Shown piece by piece: positions 37,558 to 48,610 of a stretch of DNA of 63,910 nt. The stretch comes from Saprolegnia diclina VS20 (taxonomy: Eukaryota). Both the position numbers and the translations under genes were made by a program. The stretch's first letter is position 1, and each line of letters opens with the position of its first letter. The stretch is from NCBI RefSeq assembly GCF_000281045.1, contig NW_008246070.1:452048-515957 (forward strand), written 5' to 3'. The notes under the pieces are model-generated. The model was not told the DNA's origin. It did no database searches and worked only from the letters and a program-made list of their open reading frames with translations.

Positions 37558-38743
37558 CTATTCATTGCCATCAAGGCCAGGAAAGATGGACGCGAACGGG
37601 TTCCACGCATCGTCGTCGTCGTCCTCGGCGACTCGGTCGACTTGAAGGTGCACGCGCGCAATCGCTGCCTTGCTGGGACTCGTCCGCTTCTCGAGGACCT
37701 TGACGCGCGTTGAAATGTACGTGGCGAGCGCAGAGGCAGGTACGCTCTGGCGGCGCTGTGGTGGCGACGGCGGGCGTTTGGCTAGCCACGCGACTTGGGC
37801 CTTGGCAACCGCACGCACCGCGCCTTCGAGCTCGCTCGCCGCGGCGTCGACGGCCTTGACGAGCCCGACACGCGCACTGACCGACTTTGGCACAGCGTCG
37901 AGGAGCCCTTGCAGTTCGTCGTGGAGCATGTCGGCAAACTTGATGCGGTCGGTGATTGCATGCGGGTCGTCGGGCGGCGATGGTTTCTGCGCCTCGAGCT
38001 CGAGGGCCTGCACTTGGCGCTGCAGCTGGTGCAGCGAGGCGCGCACCTTGTCGGCTTGGGCGGCGGCGTCCGAGAGCGCGCGCGAGACGAGCGGCGCTTG
38101 TGTCGTCGACACCTTGAGTGGGCGCGCGTCGAGGTTGGGCAGCGTCGCAATGTGCACATCGAGAAGCGTCCGCATCGCCGTCTCGAGCGTCTACGCTGCC
38201 TGAGCCAACGACACACTGCGGAAGACCTACCTTGTCCGGGTGCTTTTTGAGCGCCACGAGCCCAATGGCCTCGACGAAAAGCGCGTACGGAACGCGCCGG
38301 TCGCCGCGCGGCTTGACCTTGGCGAACGTCAAGTCAATGTCGACAGAGCCAAAGTTGCGGCCGACGAGCCCGGGACACGCGCGGCAGAACCTTGCAAAGC
38401 CGACGCCATCTACCCTCGGTAAGGTATAGAAAAGCCGAGGATGGTACCCATGGTGGCCGGCTCCATGCGGCGCGGGCTCGCCCGGCTGGTCGCATAGTGT
38501 TGAAACACAGCTCGAAGTAGCGTGTGGGGGTCGTTCAGGTCGCCTTCGAGCGAGATTCGCACCGACGCGGCGGCGGCGGGCGCCTACACCGACGGCTGTC
38601 GCATGCCACGCGAGGCCACTGCGTACCGGCTTGGGCGGGGAGAGGTGGAGGACGGTGAGCGAGTACGACCGGTGCGGCGCGGCGGCCTTGCGCGGGCTCA
38701 CGTGGAGTCGCGCAAAGACGTCCCGTCGGTCGTCGGTCGACAT
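37558..38743 (-). CDS. Chimeric protein: p25alpha/TPPP-like domain fused to a syntaxin Habc-like helical domain
   Basis: MDGVGFARFCRACPGLVGRNFGSVDIDLTFAKVKPRGDRRVPYALFVEAIGLVALKKHP (p25alpha), intron 38230-38191, then DKVRASLHQLQRQV..DRIKFADMLHDE..DAAASELEGAVRAVAKAQ, which aligns by eye to the adjacent syntaxin N-domain. Confidence 0.8.
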
Positions 38744-38810
38744 TGTCCGTGCCTCTAAGTATAGCAAAAGTAGGAATCCATTTCTTTTTGAGTTTTTAAC
38801 TTAGACGAGG

Positions 38811-39515
38811 CTACATGAGGACGCAACTGCTTTGACTAGCCGCCGCCTTCTTCACTTCGGAGAGGCCGAGCTGCGTCTGCGCGAGCGACTCTTCGACGTG
38901 CGTGTGGGCGTCGTTGATCGCGGTCTGCTGCTCGCCGACGATGACCGCAAGGTCTCGGAAAATCTCGTTGACCTGCACGACGCTCTGCTGGATCCGGTCA
39001 ATGTCCCTTGCCCGCTCCTCAATGAGCGCTTCATTGTGCGCAATCTCGTTGTCGAGCTGCTTGAACTCGATGACTTGGCCGTTCATGGACGCATGCAGCG
39101 TGGTGCCCGAGGACGCAGCGGCCTCGGCCTCGAGGTTGTGCACGTGGCGCATCTGCGCGTTTGACACTTGCTGCACGACCTTCTCGAGCTGGCTCGAGGT
39201 CGCGTCAAAGTCCTTGAGCAGCTTTCGCCGACCCACGTCGCCAGCCGCTGTCCGCGGCAACTGCGGCATGAGCTTTGTGATTTCGTCCTGGATGAGGCAG
39301 GCGTACTTGATGCGGTCTTCCAAGTCTTGCTGGACGTCGAGCGACGATGAGACCGTCGCGGCCTGCCGCTTGACCTCGATCACCTGCCGCTGGAACTGAT
39401 CCAACTTGGAGCTGAGCTTGTCCTGCACACTCGTCGACTTGCTCATGCTCGCCACGGGGATGCTGCGCCCCGCGGTCATCGGCGGCGCAGTCCCGGCAAA
39501 GTCGGCAAAGCTCAT
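38811..39515 (-). CDS. Qa-SNARE of the syntaxin-7/12/Pep12 group, no TM helix, ending in CaaX (CVLM)
   Basis: MSFADF start; helical N-domain; SNARE motif LIEERARDIDRIQQSVVQVNEIFRDLAVIVGEQQTAIND; ends KKAAASQSSCVLM*. Confidence 0.9.
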   Translation of the reverse strand: MSFADFAGTAPPMTAGRSIPVASMSKSTSVQDKLSSKLDQFQRQVIEVKRQAATVSSSLDVQQDLEDRIKYACLIQDEITKLMPQLPRTAAGDVGRRKLLKDFDATSSQLEKVVQQVSNAQMRHVHNLEAEAAASSGTTLHASMNGQVIEFKQLDNEIAHNEALIEERARDIDRIQQSVVQVNEIFRDLAVIVGEQQTAINDAHTHVEESLAQTQLGLSEVKKAAASQSSCVLM

Positions 39516-39958
39516 GTCGACCGAGCGCTTTGGTTCCGAATATGAGAATGCATCGGCTTGGCGAAGACGCCAACCCTCGTAAGTTCGAAGAGAAAGGACG
39601 AGACTGAACACACGCAACATTTTGATTCGCCACGCAACCTTCATAGCTAGCAACAGACGATGTACATACTGCTGCTTTAGGAACGCTACAGTCGAATGCC
39701 TTTTGCATGCCACCACCAAGCGGCGAGCAAAGGAATATGCGAACGCCAAGCAGCAGAAACAACGAAAGCCCACGGTTGCGTGGAATCAGCGTCATGGATC
39801 ACATCCTGTAAGTACGCCACATGTGCTCGATAAAGTGCGGTTTGGACCGTATCCGAAGTTGCCTTTGGGGACGGCAAAGGGTCGAGCAGCTGCGATGCTC
39901 GTTGCCATGGTGCTACCGGTAGTTAGTTTATATTAGTTCGATAGCATGGAATCGTTGT

Positions 39959-42040
39959 CTACTGGTCTGCGTCGTACGCTTCGATGGCTGCGCCGCAGCG
40001 GGCGTAGTACTGCGGGATCATCTGCTGCACTTGCCAATTCGCGGGCAGTAAAATGCGCTGCACCATGTCAACGGGGTCCATGAGCGGCACGGCGTCCGAG
40101 TACTCGACAAAGAGCTGGCACATGAGCCGGTCGGACGAGCTCGGGAGCAGCGTGAAGCGCTCACGCATGCGCTTCCGCGGCGCGCCAAGCACCTTGGGCC
40201 AATAGTACCACTCGATGACGAGAGTGTCATCTACATAGCACAACTCAATATCCGACCAAACGCAGTTCTTAGTGCAGTCCGACCTTGGTTTTCGCGCCAA
40301 GCGCGCGTGCCGCAGAGGAGCCACTCGGTGCCGATGGACGAGAGCCCGCCGATCGAGAGCAGCTGCGTGTGCACTTGGGGCATGGCCGAGTTCTCGTGCT
40401 CCAGTTGCAGCACGATCCACGGCCCGCAGAGCGCGTCGTCCCAGCGCACCTACGACACCCTGGCTGTGAGGGTCTCGTCAAAGCAAAGTAGTCTGCTGGA
40501 CCTGGATGGTATTTGGGCCGAGGCTCGAGCACGTCCAGTAAAGCGAGCTGTAGTCGAGCGCCGTCGCGACCACGAGGCTCGAGTGCTTGACGCTCGACTC
40601 GCGCCGCCACGTGCCCATGAGGAGGCTGTCGCTGTGGACGACGTTGCCCGAGTACCATTGCGCCTACACGAAATGTGTCACCCTTGTCCTCATCAAGGGT
40701 CGTACGTGTTGCATGTTTTCGACAAACGCAATGTAGACGGGCAGCCACGTGCCAATGGTCGCGGTCGGGTGCCACTCGGCGTCGAGCTGCACGAGCTGGA
40801 GCCACTGCGAGAGCGACGTGTGGCCAAGCGCCTGCTTGATCTGCGCGGCGACCGCGACCAAAAGCTCCTCAAAGGACGCGAGAAAGTCCGGCATCGGCGG
40901 CGCGCGCAAATGCTGCCGGACAAAGTGCACAAAGTCCTGGCGAAAGAGACCCGCGAGGATCGCGTTGAACGCGTCGTAGAACGGCGACTCGCGCTGGACG
41001 ATGGACGTGACCCGCACGTTCATGGTTGCGAGGCAGAGATCCCAGAACGCCAGCGCGTCGACGATCGCGCGGTCGCGGTCCGAAGGCGACGACGTCCGGG
41101 GCCGCTTGGTCGCCTGGCTTGCCTCGGGCGGCGGCGAGTGGGCGCGACGCACGCCTGCACCCAATTGCTTGTAAGTGAAAACGTGTTGGACAAATGCAAT
41201 GGCGCACCGTAGGACGACGAGGAAGGCGAGCGGACGCTTTGGTCGCGGACCAGTCGCCTGCTCCTGGTCGTGTCTTCGTCGTCCGACGCCGGCAGCGACG
41301 GAGCCGCATCTACAAACATGGTCAGTATACGCAAAGGAGAGACGGTAGAGGTACCGGGCGCGAGCGCCTTGGAGCTGCGGCGACTCGAGCAGACGGTAAA
41401 CTGCGGCGACGAGAGCACGTCAATACACTCGAGCTCGTCCGCGCCCGCTTGCTCAAAGACGTACACCTACAAACGTGAGTACGACGACGATCCTTGTTGG
41501 CACGCACCATGAGCACGTGCTTGGTCGTGCAGTTGAAGCGGTTCGAGCGCCAGCCATAGTGCCAGCACTGGCGATTGCCGTTGTACTCGAAGCGCAGCAC
41601 GTCCGTCGGCAGCTCGATCACCGTGATCGGCTCGCCTTCCATCCAGCTACCGAGGGGCTGCTCGGGCGTCTTGAGGTCCGCCTCGATGAGCGTCGCGTGG
41701 ACGCGCGCGCCAATCGGGATCGCCGGTACAATCTGCGCCTCGGGCGCGACCTCAAAGCGGCTGTAGCTCACGACGCGGTCGGCCGTGTCGGGGCGCGCCG
41801 CGTGCTCGACGACGACTGACATGCCGCAGAACGAGTTGGGGCGGTGCGACCCGCAGCAGTGCGGGAAGCAGCGGAGGTTCTTATGCCCCGTGTTCTTATT
41901 GTTGCTACGTCCGTCAATAAGATTTGGCATCCTCATCGTAGTCCATACCGCGTGTACGAGTCGCAAAAGAGCGGTAGTGCGCAATCGTTGTGGACGAAGC
42001 GGGATGCGGCCGAGCGGAGCGACGAGGCAGGGGCGACCAT
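39959..42040 (-). CDS. Multi-exon protein of unknown function with a Cys/His-rich N-terminal domain; candidate Ig-fold transcription factor
   Basis: Spliced N-terminus SYTRNNKNTGHKNLRCFPHCCGSHRPNSFCG..WHYGWRSNRFNCTTKHVL..YVFE..SSPQFTVCSSRR; NLS-like TKRPR; further coding exons down to 39959. Confidence 0.7.
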
Positions 42041-42922
42041 CTTCGCGACAAGGACTGTACAACTGCGGACGCGCCAATGAAGGCCTCCACCGATCTTCCG
42101 TCGCGCCTCGTATCCGGACACCCGCCGCCTTTATCCCATACAATTGGTATCCGGACACGGCAAAGTCGGACAGGCCGGTGTTCAGCGCCCAACAGTTCAG
42201 TCGCGTGTTTCAGCAAGAGGCCAGATAAGGTCAGCACGCCGCGTGAAATTCGGACATTTCGCGTGCATATGCCGGCGCATATGGTCCAAATCCTAATTAG
42301 GACGCCGCGCGAACGGCCCCGAAGCCGCACGCAAGTGTACCTGCGTGCCAGTACGTCCACGCCGGGGTGGCCAAGTACGCTGCCCGTGCACGCGTGCGCG
42401 GCCACTCAAATCGCCCGCCCAAATTTCTGCTGCGCCATCTGCAGAACTACGTGGCCAAAGGACGGGCGCGCTGAACCCAAAGCCTGGGCTGTGACGTGGA
42501 CGGCACCGAGGATGCTGTCGCCGTGTCCGACCTCACCGAGTCCGACCTCGTCCCAAGCCTGTGTCCGACGTTCATCAGGAGGCGAAGCTTCAGCTGCCGA
42601 CACTCAGCATTGCAGCGCCAAGCTGGCGGTACCGGTAGCTAGGCCTACTAATAGAAGCCGACGCTACTCTAGGCCGAACGGCGAGCTGAGACAGCCCTTG
42701 CTTCTGTTGACGTAAATACTTGATGACGGCCCCATCACCACTGTTGTCGGAGCTGACGGAAACGGCCTTCAGATCAGGCAGTCTGTCCTACCTCGCCAAT
42801 CGCTGCCTGATTTGCAGATGCGACCAGATAATGGCTGCGTTCCACGAATCAAATGCGAAAGATTGTGAATGCTGGCACCGGATTGGCTGTGTTCGAGCAA
42901 GGATCTGCTCTTCATTTGCAGG

Positions 42923-43840
42923 ATGCGCTTCCTCGGGTCGACGACACCAAGCGTCCACTACCGCTTCGCAAAGGAGACCGCTGGCGGCGTCCAAGGCTAC
43001 ATCGAGGTAGCAGCCGCGCTTCGACGTGGGGTTCCATGCTTCGACGGCGCTCAGGCTCGGTAGGTTGCTCGCGATGCGCAAGGCGCCACGATTCATGCTC
43101 GCCTCGACGTCACCGAGCTTGATGTCCAAGCGCTGCGGGCCTTTGACGCCAACTGCGATGGCGCCATCGAGGCTTTCAAGTGGCACATCCATACGCAATG
43201 GCACCAGACGGCGACCTCCTCGTACCCTGGATGGCGACAGCGCATCGCGGAGGCTCATTCGCTGGTCTAGGTTCTTGGGCGGCTGCTCGTTGGCGATCGC
43301 TGGCAACCACTACGACCCCGACTTTGCGTGCGGTCCCAACTCGGAGCACTTGAAGGACGCCCTGTGCGCTGGTGTCGCCTACAACTGCAGCGTTGCGAAC
43401 CCACTTGGTTGTGAACGTGGCGACTTGTCCGGCAAGCTCGGCGACATGCTGGTAGATCGTCGCTACGAGACGACCGGTCGCTGACTCTTGGCTAGGTCAA
43501 GCAAGGGCGCATTGAACACTCGTGGCGCGACCCGCACTACCCAGCGACACACGAAGAGCGGCCAGAGTGGAACATGATCCTACACGCCGTGTGCGCCAAC
43601 AAGGCGACCCCACGCGTGGCCTGTGCGATCGCCATGGCAGATACCAAGCGACCCGACTGGAGTGCGACGTTGGCGTCGTGGGCCACCGTCGGCGTGCTTC
43701 TGGCGCTGCTGCTCGTGCTGTATCGCCAGCGCCATCCGTTGCTGCTCAAGTACTACCCCACCAACGCAGTTGTGGCCGCGGCGGTTGCGATCCTCGGGCT
43801 TCTCGTGTACCAGTACGTCCTCATCAACACGGCGCTCTAA
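42923..43840 (+). CDS. Cu-only-type superoxide dismutase domain with two C-terminal hydrophobic helices, 4 or more exons
   Basis: Spliced motifs FKWHIH, GNHYDP, CERGDLSGKLG, MILH, PRVACA. The start codon is uncertain, with a possible extra exon from 42818. Confidence 0.8.
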
Positions 43841-43953
43841 GATCGTCGATCGGACTACGAACAAAGGGACTAGTTCTTCTTCCTTGCTCTCATCTATGTA
43901 CGCCAAGGCAACTCGATTCTTCTTGTCGTCGTCGTCCGCTTCTATGGACACGC

Positions 43954-44832
43954 TCACGGCTGCTTGGGCAGCCAGCTACGGAAGATGTCGTAGCAAGCAA
44001 ACTGGATGCCCATGTTGGGCATGGCGCGCACGAGCGTTGGAGTGAGCCCGCGGTAGTAGCTCTTGATGCCCTCGGCTTTCGCGAGCTTGATGTAGCAGTC
44101 GAGCGTGTGGCGGTACAAGCGCGGGTTGCCGCCAATGCCTTGCATCTGCATGCGGCGACGCACCGTGTCGTTCGGGTACGTGAGTAGCGTCGCAATCATG
44201 CCGGCGCCGCCACCGCAGATCATTTTGCCCGCAAAGTCCGCCTTGGGGTCGATGCCTTCGGGAAGGAAGCTGCGGAGGAGGTCGTAGGATCCAAACTTGA
44301 TGCCTTCGTACGGCACGCTGCCGAGCAAGGTCGGGCCCATGCCGCGGAAGAGCGCACGCACACCCTCTTCCTTGACGATAACGACAAACGCCGAGAGCAT
44401 GCCCGAGTGCCGCGGCAGCGACTCGATCGTCCCCGAGAGACGCGTGCGGATAAAGTCGAGCGGGTACGTCAAGATGCACGCCGTCATGCCTGCCCAGCCG
44501 CCGGCGAAGAAGCCGACTTGGCTCGGCGCAATCGGCACGACGGTCTGCGTCGAGAGGATGCTCCGGTAGATGTCGCTCCACCCAAACAAGATGGCCTTGT
44601 GCGGCAGGATGCGCACACACGCCGCAAAGTTGCCGCGCCAGAAGCCAAGGAAGCCCTCGGTCTGAAAAATGAGACGCGTCGTGGCGACCATGCCGTCGTT
44701 GCTCGCGCCGGTCTGGCACACGATCTTGACGCGCTCAAAGGGCGCGACAACGCTCTTGGAGACGACGCCCGCCATGCCACCGGCGCCCATGAGGCCCAGG
44801 TTCACCTGCTTGCGCTTCGGCGTCTCGGCCAT
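43954..44832 (-). CDS. Mitochondrial carrier (SLC25; CoA/adenine-nucleotide carrier-like)
   Basis: Three Px[DE]xx[KR] repeats (PFERVK, PLDFIR, PNDTVRRRMQ); FWRGN, PYEGIKF. Confidence 0.93.
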   Translation of the reverse strand: MAETPKRKQVNLGLMGAGGMAGVVSKSVVAPFERVKIVCQTGASNDGMVATTRLIFQTEGFLGFWRGNFAACVRILPHKAILFGWSDIYRSILSTQTVVPIAPSQVGFFAGGWAGMTACILTYPLDFIRTRLSGTIESLPRHSGMLSAFVVIVKEEGVRALFRGMGPTLLGSVPYEGIKFGSYDLLRSFLPEGIDPKADFAGKMICGGGAGMIATLLTYPNDTVRRRMQMQGIGGNPRLYRHTLDCYIKLAKAEGIKSYYRGLTPTLVRAMPNMGIQFACYDIFRSWLPKQP

Positions 44833-45207
44833 CGGGGTCGACGGCGTGGGGCCAATCCGGATTTGACGCCAGCTGGTGGGTTGACTTCAACCGGCCAACC
44901 TTTAACGTACATGTATAAACGTCCGTTTAACGCGATCACGCGTTGCTGCGTGTGGTTTTAGCATGTCTCGATCTCGATACCTATCACAAGGCGAGCGAGA
45001 TTCCACGAGATGCAATCGCTTGCGTACTTCTATATTACCTCCCACCTCAGAACCAGTCCGGGCAGCCTGGAATCTGGTGCGAGACGTGACACGCGTTAAT
45101 CCTCTTTAACGCATCGGTTGAACTTTAAACTGAATTCAGTTTTACTTTAAACCTCTCGTATTCGATTTCATTCAAGATCGGATTGCAGAGGGAGAGTCTC
45201 CCGCGGA

Positions 45208-45606
45208 ATGATGGACCGGTACCTCGTGGCGGTCCCGACGACGTGCGAGCGCATCGTGCCCGGGAAGCCCAAGCCGAGCGCGCGCCTGCGCCAGACGAGG
45301 ATCGAACATGGAACCAAGGTTGAGGTCGTCGAGGAGATCCAGTCGCTGGCCCACATCATGGACGTCTGCGACGAGCAGGAGCTGCCGATGTTGCTGCAGG
45401 AGCTCGACCAGCGCTTCATCTCGCTCGAGCTCCTCGAAGAGACCGAGATCGGGCAGTCCCTCGTGCGCATCTACCGGCGCACTGCGTCCGAAGACGTCCG
45501 CGAAGTCGCGCGCTGCCTCCTGCGCAAGTGGAAAAAGACCGCGCTCGAGGGCCTCCAGCGCCGGCAGAAGCGCGTCGAAGTCTTTGGCCGCAACATGATT
45601 CATTAA
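45208..45606 (+). CDS. Small TFIIS N-terminal (LW/Med26) domain protein
   Basis: ISLELLEETEIGQSLVRIYRR..EDVREVARCLLRKWKK fits the TFIIS-N consensus. Confidence 0.75.
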   Translation: MMDRYLVAVPTTCERIVPGKPKPSARLRQTRIEHGTKVEVVEEIQSLAHIMDVCDEQELPMLLQELDQRFISLELLEETEIGQSLVRIYRRTASEDVREVARCLLRKWKKTALEGLQRRQKRVEVFGRNMIH

Positions 45607-46341
45607 TTTTACTAACTTACTCAGCAGCAGTCTACAAACTCCATGCGAAGAACTAGCCACTGGAGCTGGCCTCCTTCGAGGTCATCCTTCTCTTAACGGG
45701 TCTCGCTGCATCGGTTATTGGCTTGCGGACCCATAGCGCCGACGACGAGGCTCTCTGCCGAAGTACACGCAGCAGAGAGCTAACTACCCAGTACATGGGC
45801 ACGTCCACGGCTTGGCAGTGACGCGCGGCTGGTGCAAATTTGACTACTCGAAAATCAAGTGCAATTTCGCTCGACCCTAGCCTTGGAGCTACACGCCCGA
45901 ACGCCGCCTGGTGGTTTGCAGTCAACGCACGATCGCTGTGCGATTCTACAGACGAGCGAGCTGCGATGGAGTGTGGGACACCCTCCGCCTATACCCACCA
46001 CGTGACCATCAGTCTACGCTGCTGTCCAGTGCCATCCAACCATGACTGTACTCGGTGCGGTACAACAGCAGCGCTCCTTGAGAAGTGGGCGTTGAGGTTT
46101 CGCAACCGCGAGCTTTCCCGCCGAGCAGTGTTGCGAAGCGGATTCCTATGGTAGAGCTACCTGTCAAGATATTGGTCATTGCATCGTGTGTTGCATGTGC
46201 GATGGCGTTGGCATTGGTCGCCATCTTGCCTTGCTGACAACAACCGTCGACGCGTTGAGACTAAAGATGGCGAGCGATCTGCCGACGGAAATAGCGCACT
46301 GCCCTAGCCCTTTGGCGAATAAGGCGTGACCGAGCACTTGT

Positions 46342-47331
46342 ATGTTGCTGCGGTCAGCGACACTTGTGGTTCCGTTCGATACGATGCCAGTGTTGCGTGC
46401 GCCGTGTGGCCAGGGTTTGGTGCTGGCGCTCCTCAACCTCGCCTTTGCGACCGTCGTCGCCGTGAGCACGTACTACCTCAACGTGCTCGCGAATACGCAC
46501 GTGGGCTTGGGCCTCAATGTCGAGACGTTTACAAGCAACCAGTTCAACATTCCGGTCAACGTCCTCCTCCAAGGCTCGGTGACCCTTCCACTCGCAACGC
46601 CGCTGCCCGTGGACGCGACGCTGTCGCTGAGCACGCTCCTGTACAAGGGCTGCAGCAAGAAGGACGTCGCGTGCGCATCGGCGTTTCTCCCCGCGACCAA
46701 CCACCTCTGGAGTGCGGTCGCCAAGACATTTGTTAACATTTCCAACTTTGAGCAGCCGCTGTTTCAGGATTCCGCCCAGACAGTGACGATCCAGCACATC
46801 AACAACCTCGCTGCGTGGAACAAACCGACGGCACAAATTTCGATTGTTGGCCACGCCATGGCGATCACGTGCATGGTGCGCCGCGCGCGCTTCTACCTCG
46901 CGTCGTCCTCTCCGTCGTCGGCCGAGATCGACTCGATTGCGTTTTGCTCGCCGCGCAAATTTGATCCGAATTGGATTTGTGAAAACCAAGTCGCCACCGA
47001 CGCCCCCTCGTACGCGATCCAAGTAAGCCGCGGAGCTGCCACCTACCTTGGCGTGGCGCCACGCCATGATATTTATATGAACCCAGGGTACCTCGCGACG
47101 TTCACGGGCAGCCCGCTCGGCGCCGTGCGGCTCGGGCCCGTGCCGGCCATCGACGAGTTTGAAGGCGGTATTCTCCAGATCATGGCGCCGTGGGACGTCG
47201 TGCCCTTTGGCGACTGCGCCAATTTGAACCCGTCGACGGGGCTGGGGTGGCTCATGCAGATGGCAGGCTTCGTGACCATGTACTGGACGAGCGATGCGCT
47301 CATGCTCACCAACTGCATCGTGCTTTGGCTT
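46342..47331 (+). CDS. Orphan multi-pass membrane protein, paralog 1 (3' part lost in gap)
   Basis: Aligns by eye with 49179..51011: QHINNL, WNK, MAITCMVRRA, AFCS, YAIQV, WDV, LGWL. Confidence 0.8.
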
Positions 47332-48113
47332 NNNNNNNNNNNNNNNNNNNNNNNNNNNNNNNNNNNNNNNNNNNNNNNNNNNNNNNNNNNNNNNNNNNNN
47401 NNNNNNNNNNNNNNNNNNNNNNNNNNNNNNNNNNNNNNNNNNNNNNNNNNNNNNNNNNNNNNNNNNNNNNNNNNNNNNNNNNNNNNNNNNNNNNNNNNNN
47501 NNNNNNNNNNNNNNNNNNNNNNNNNNNNNNNNNNNNNNNNNNNNNNNNNNNNNNNNNNNNNNNNNNNNNNNNNNNNNNNNNNNNNNNNNNNNNNNNNNNN
47601 NNNNNNNNNNNNNNNNNNNNNNNNNNNNNNNNNNNNNNNNNNNNNNNNNNNNNNNNNNNNNNNNNNNNNNNNNNNNNNNNNNNNNNNNNNNNNNNNNNNN
47701 NNNNNNNNNNNNNNNNNNNNNNNNNNNNNNNNNNNNNNNNNNNNNNNNNNNNNNNNNNNNNNNNNNNNNNNNNNNNNNNNNNNNNNNNNNNNNNNNNNNN
47801 NNNNNNNNNNNNNNNNNNNNNNNNNNNNNNNNNNNNNNNNNNNNNNNNNNNNNNNNNNNNNNNNNNNNNNNNNNNNNNNNNNNNNNNNNNNNNNNNNNNN
47901 NNNNNNNNNNNNNNNNNNNNNNNNNNNNNNNNNNNNNNNNNNNNNNNNNNNNNNNNNNNNNNNNNNNNNNNNNNNNNNNNNNNNNNNNNNNNNNNNNNNN
48001 NNNNNNNNNNNNNNNNNNNNNNNNNNNNNNNNNNNNNNNNNNNNNNNNNNNNNNNNNNNNNNNNNNNNNNNNNNNNNNNNNNNNNNNNNNNNNNNNNNNN
48101 NNNNNNNNNNNNN
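47332..48113. other. Assembly gap (N run)
   Basis: Run of N. Confidence 1.
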
Positions 48114-48419
48114 AGCCCGGCGACGCTCTCGAGTACGGAAGCGACGTGGTCGGTGAGCGACCTCCACTACAAGGAGTGCGGCGTCAATGACGTCGCGTGC
48201 GCCAATGCGTTTTTAGCTCAATCCAACACGATCTGGAGCACGATTGGCCGCGCGTTTGACCAGATTCCGGCGTTCGCTACGTTCACGAACGGCCATCTCG
48301 GCTCGGTGCTCTTGCAAACGGTCCGTGCGATCGATGAGTACCAAGGCGGTATCCTCCAGTTGAGAGCGCCGTGGGACGTCCTTCCAGCGTGTAGCTGTTT
48401 GGGAACTCTGGACGAGTAG
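48114..48419 (+). pseudogene. Internally deleted mosaic fragment of the membrane-protein family
   Basis: 48116-48276 matches 51584-51744 (7 mismatches in 161 nt by eye), then jumps in frame to sequence homologous to about 47095-47205, then stops. Confidence 0.7.
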
Positions 48420-48610
48420 ATTGAGAACTGAGGTTAGAGGCCAGCGTTGTGAGAGAACGACGGGCTGTGTCGGATGCGATCATCGTCAAGAGGCTCAATG
48501 ACGGCGACCGTATACGGTCACTTCCGTACGCCATCCGTACATGGTGCCTAGCACTGTCCAACCTGCACCATACACGCCCATAAATAGAGACGTCAGATGC
48601 CGACAAAGGT

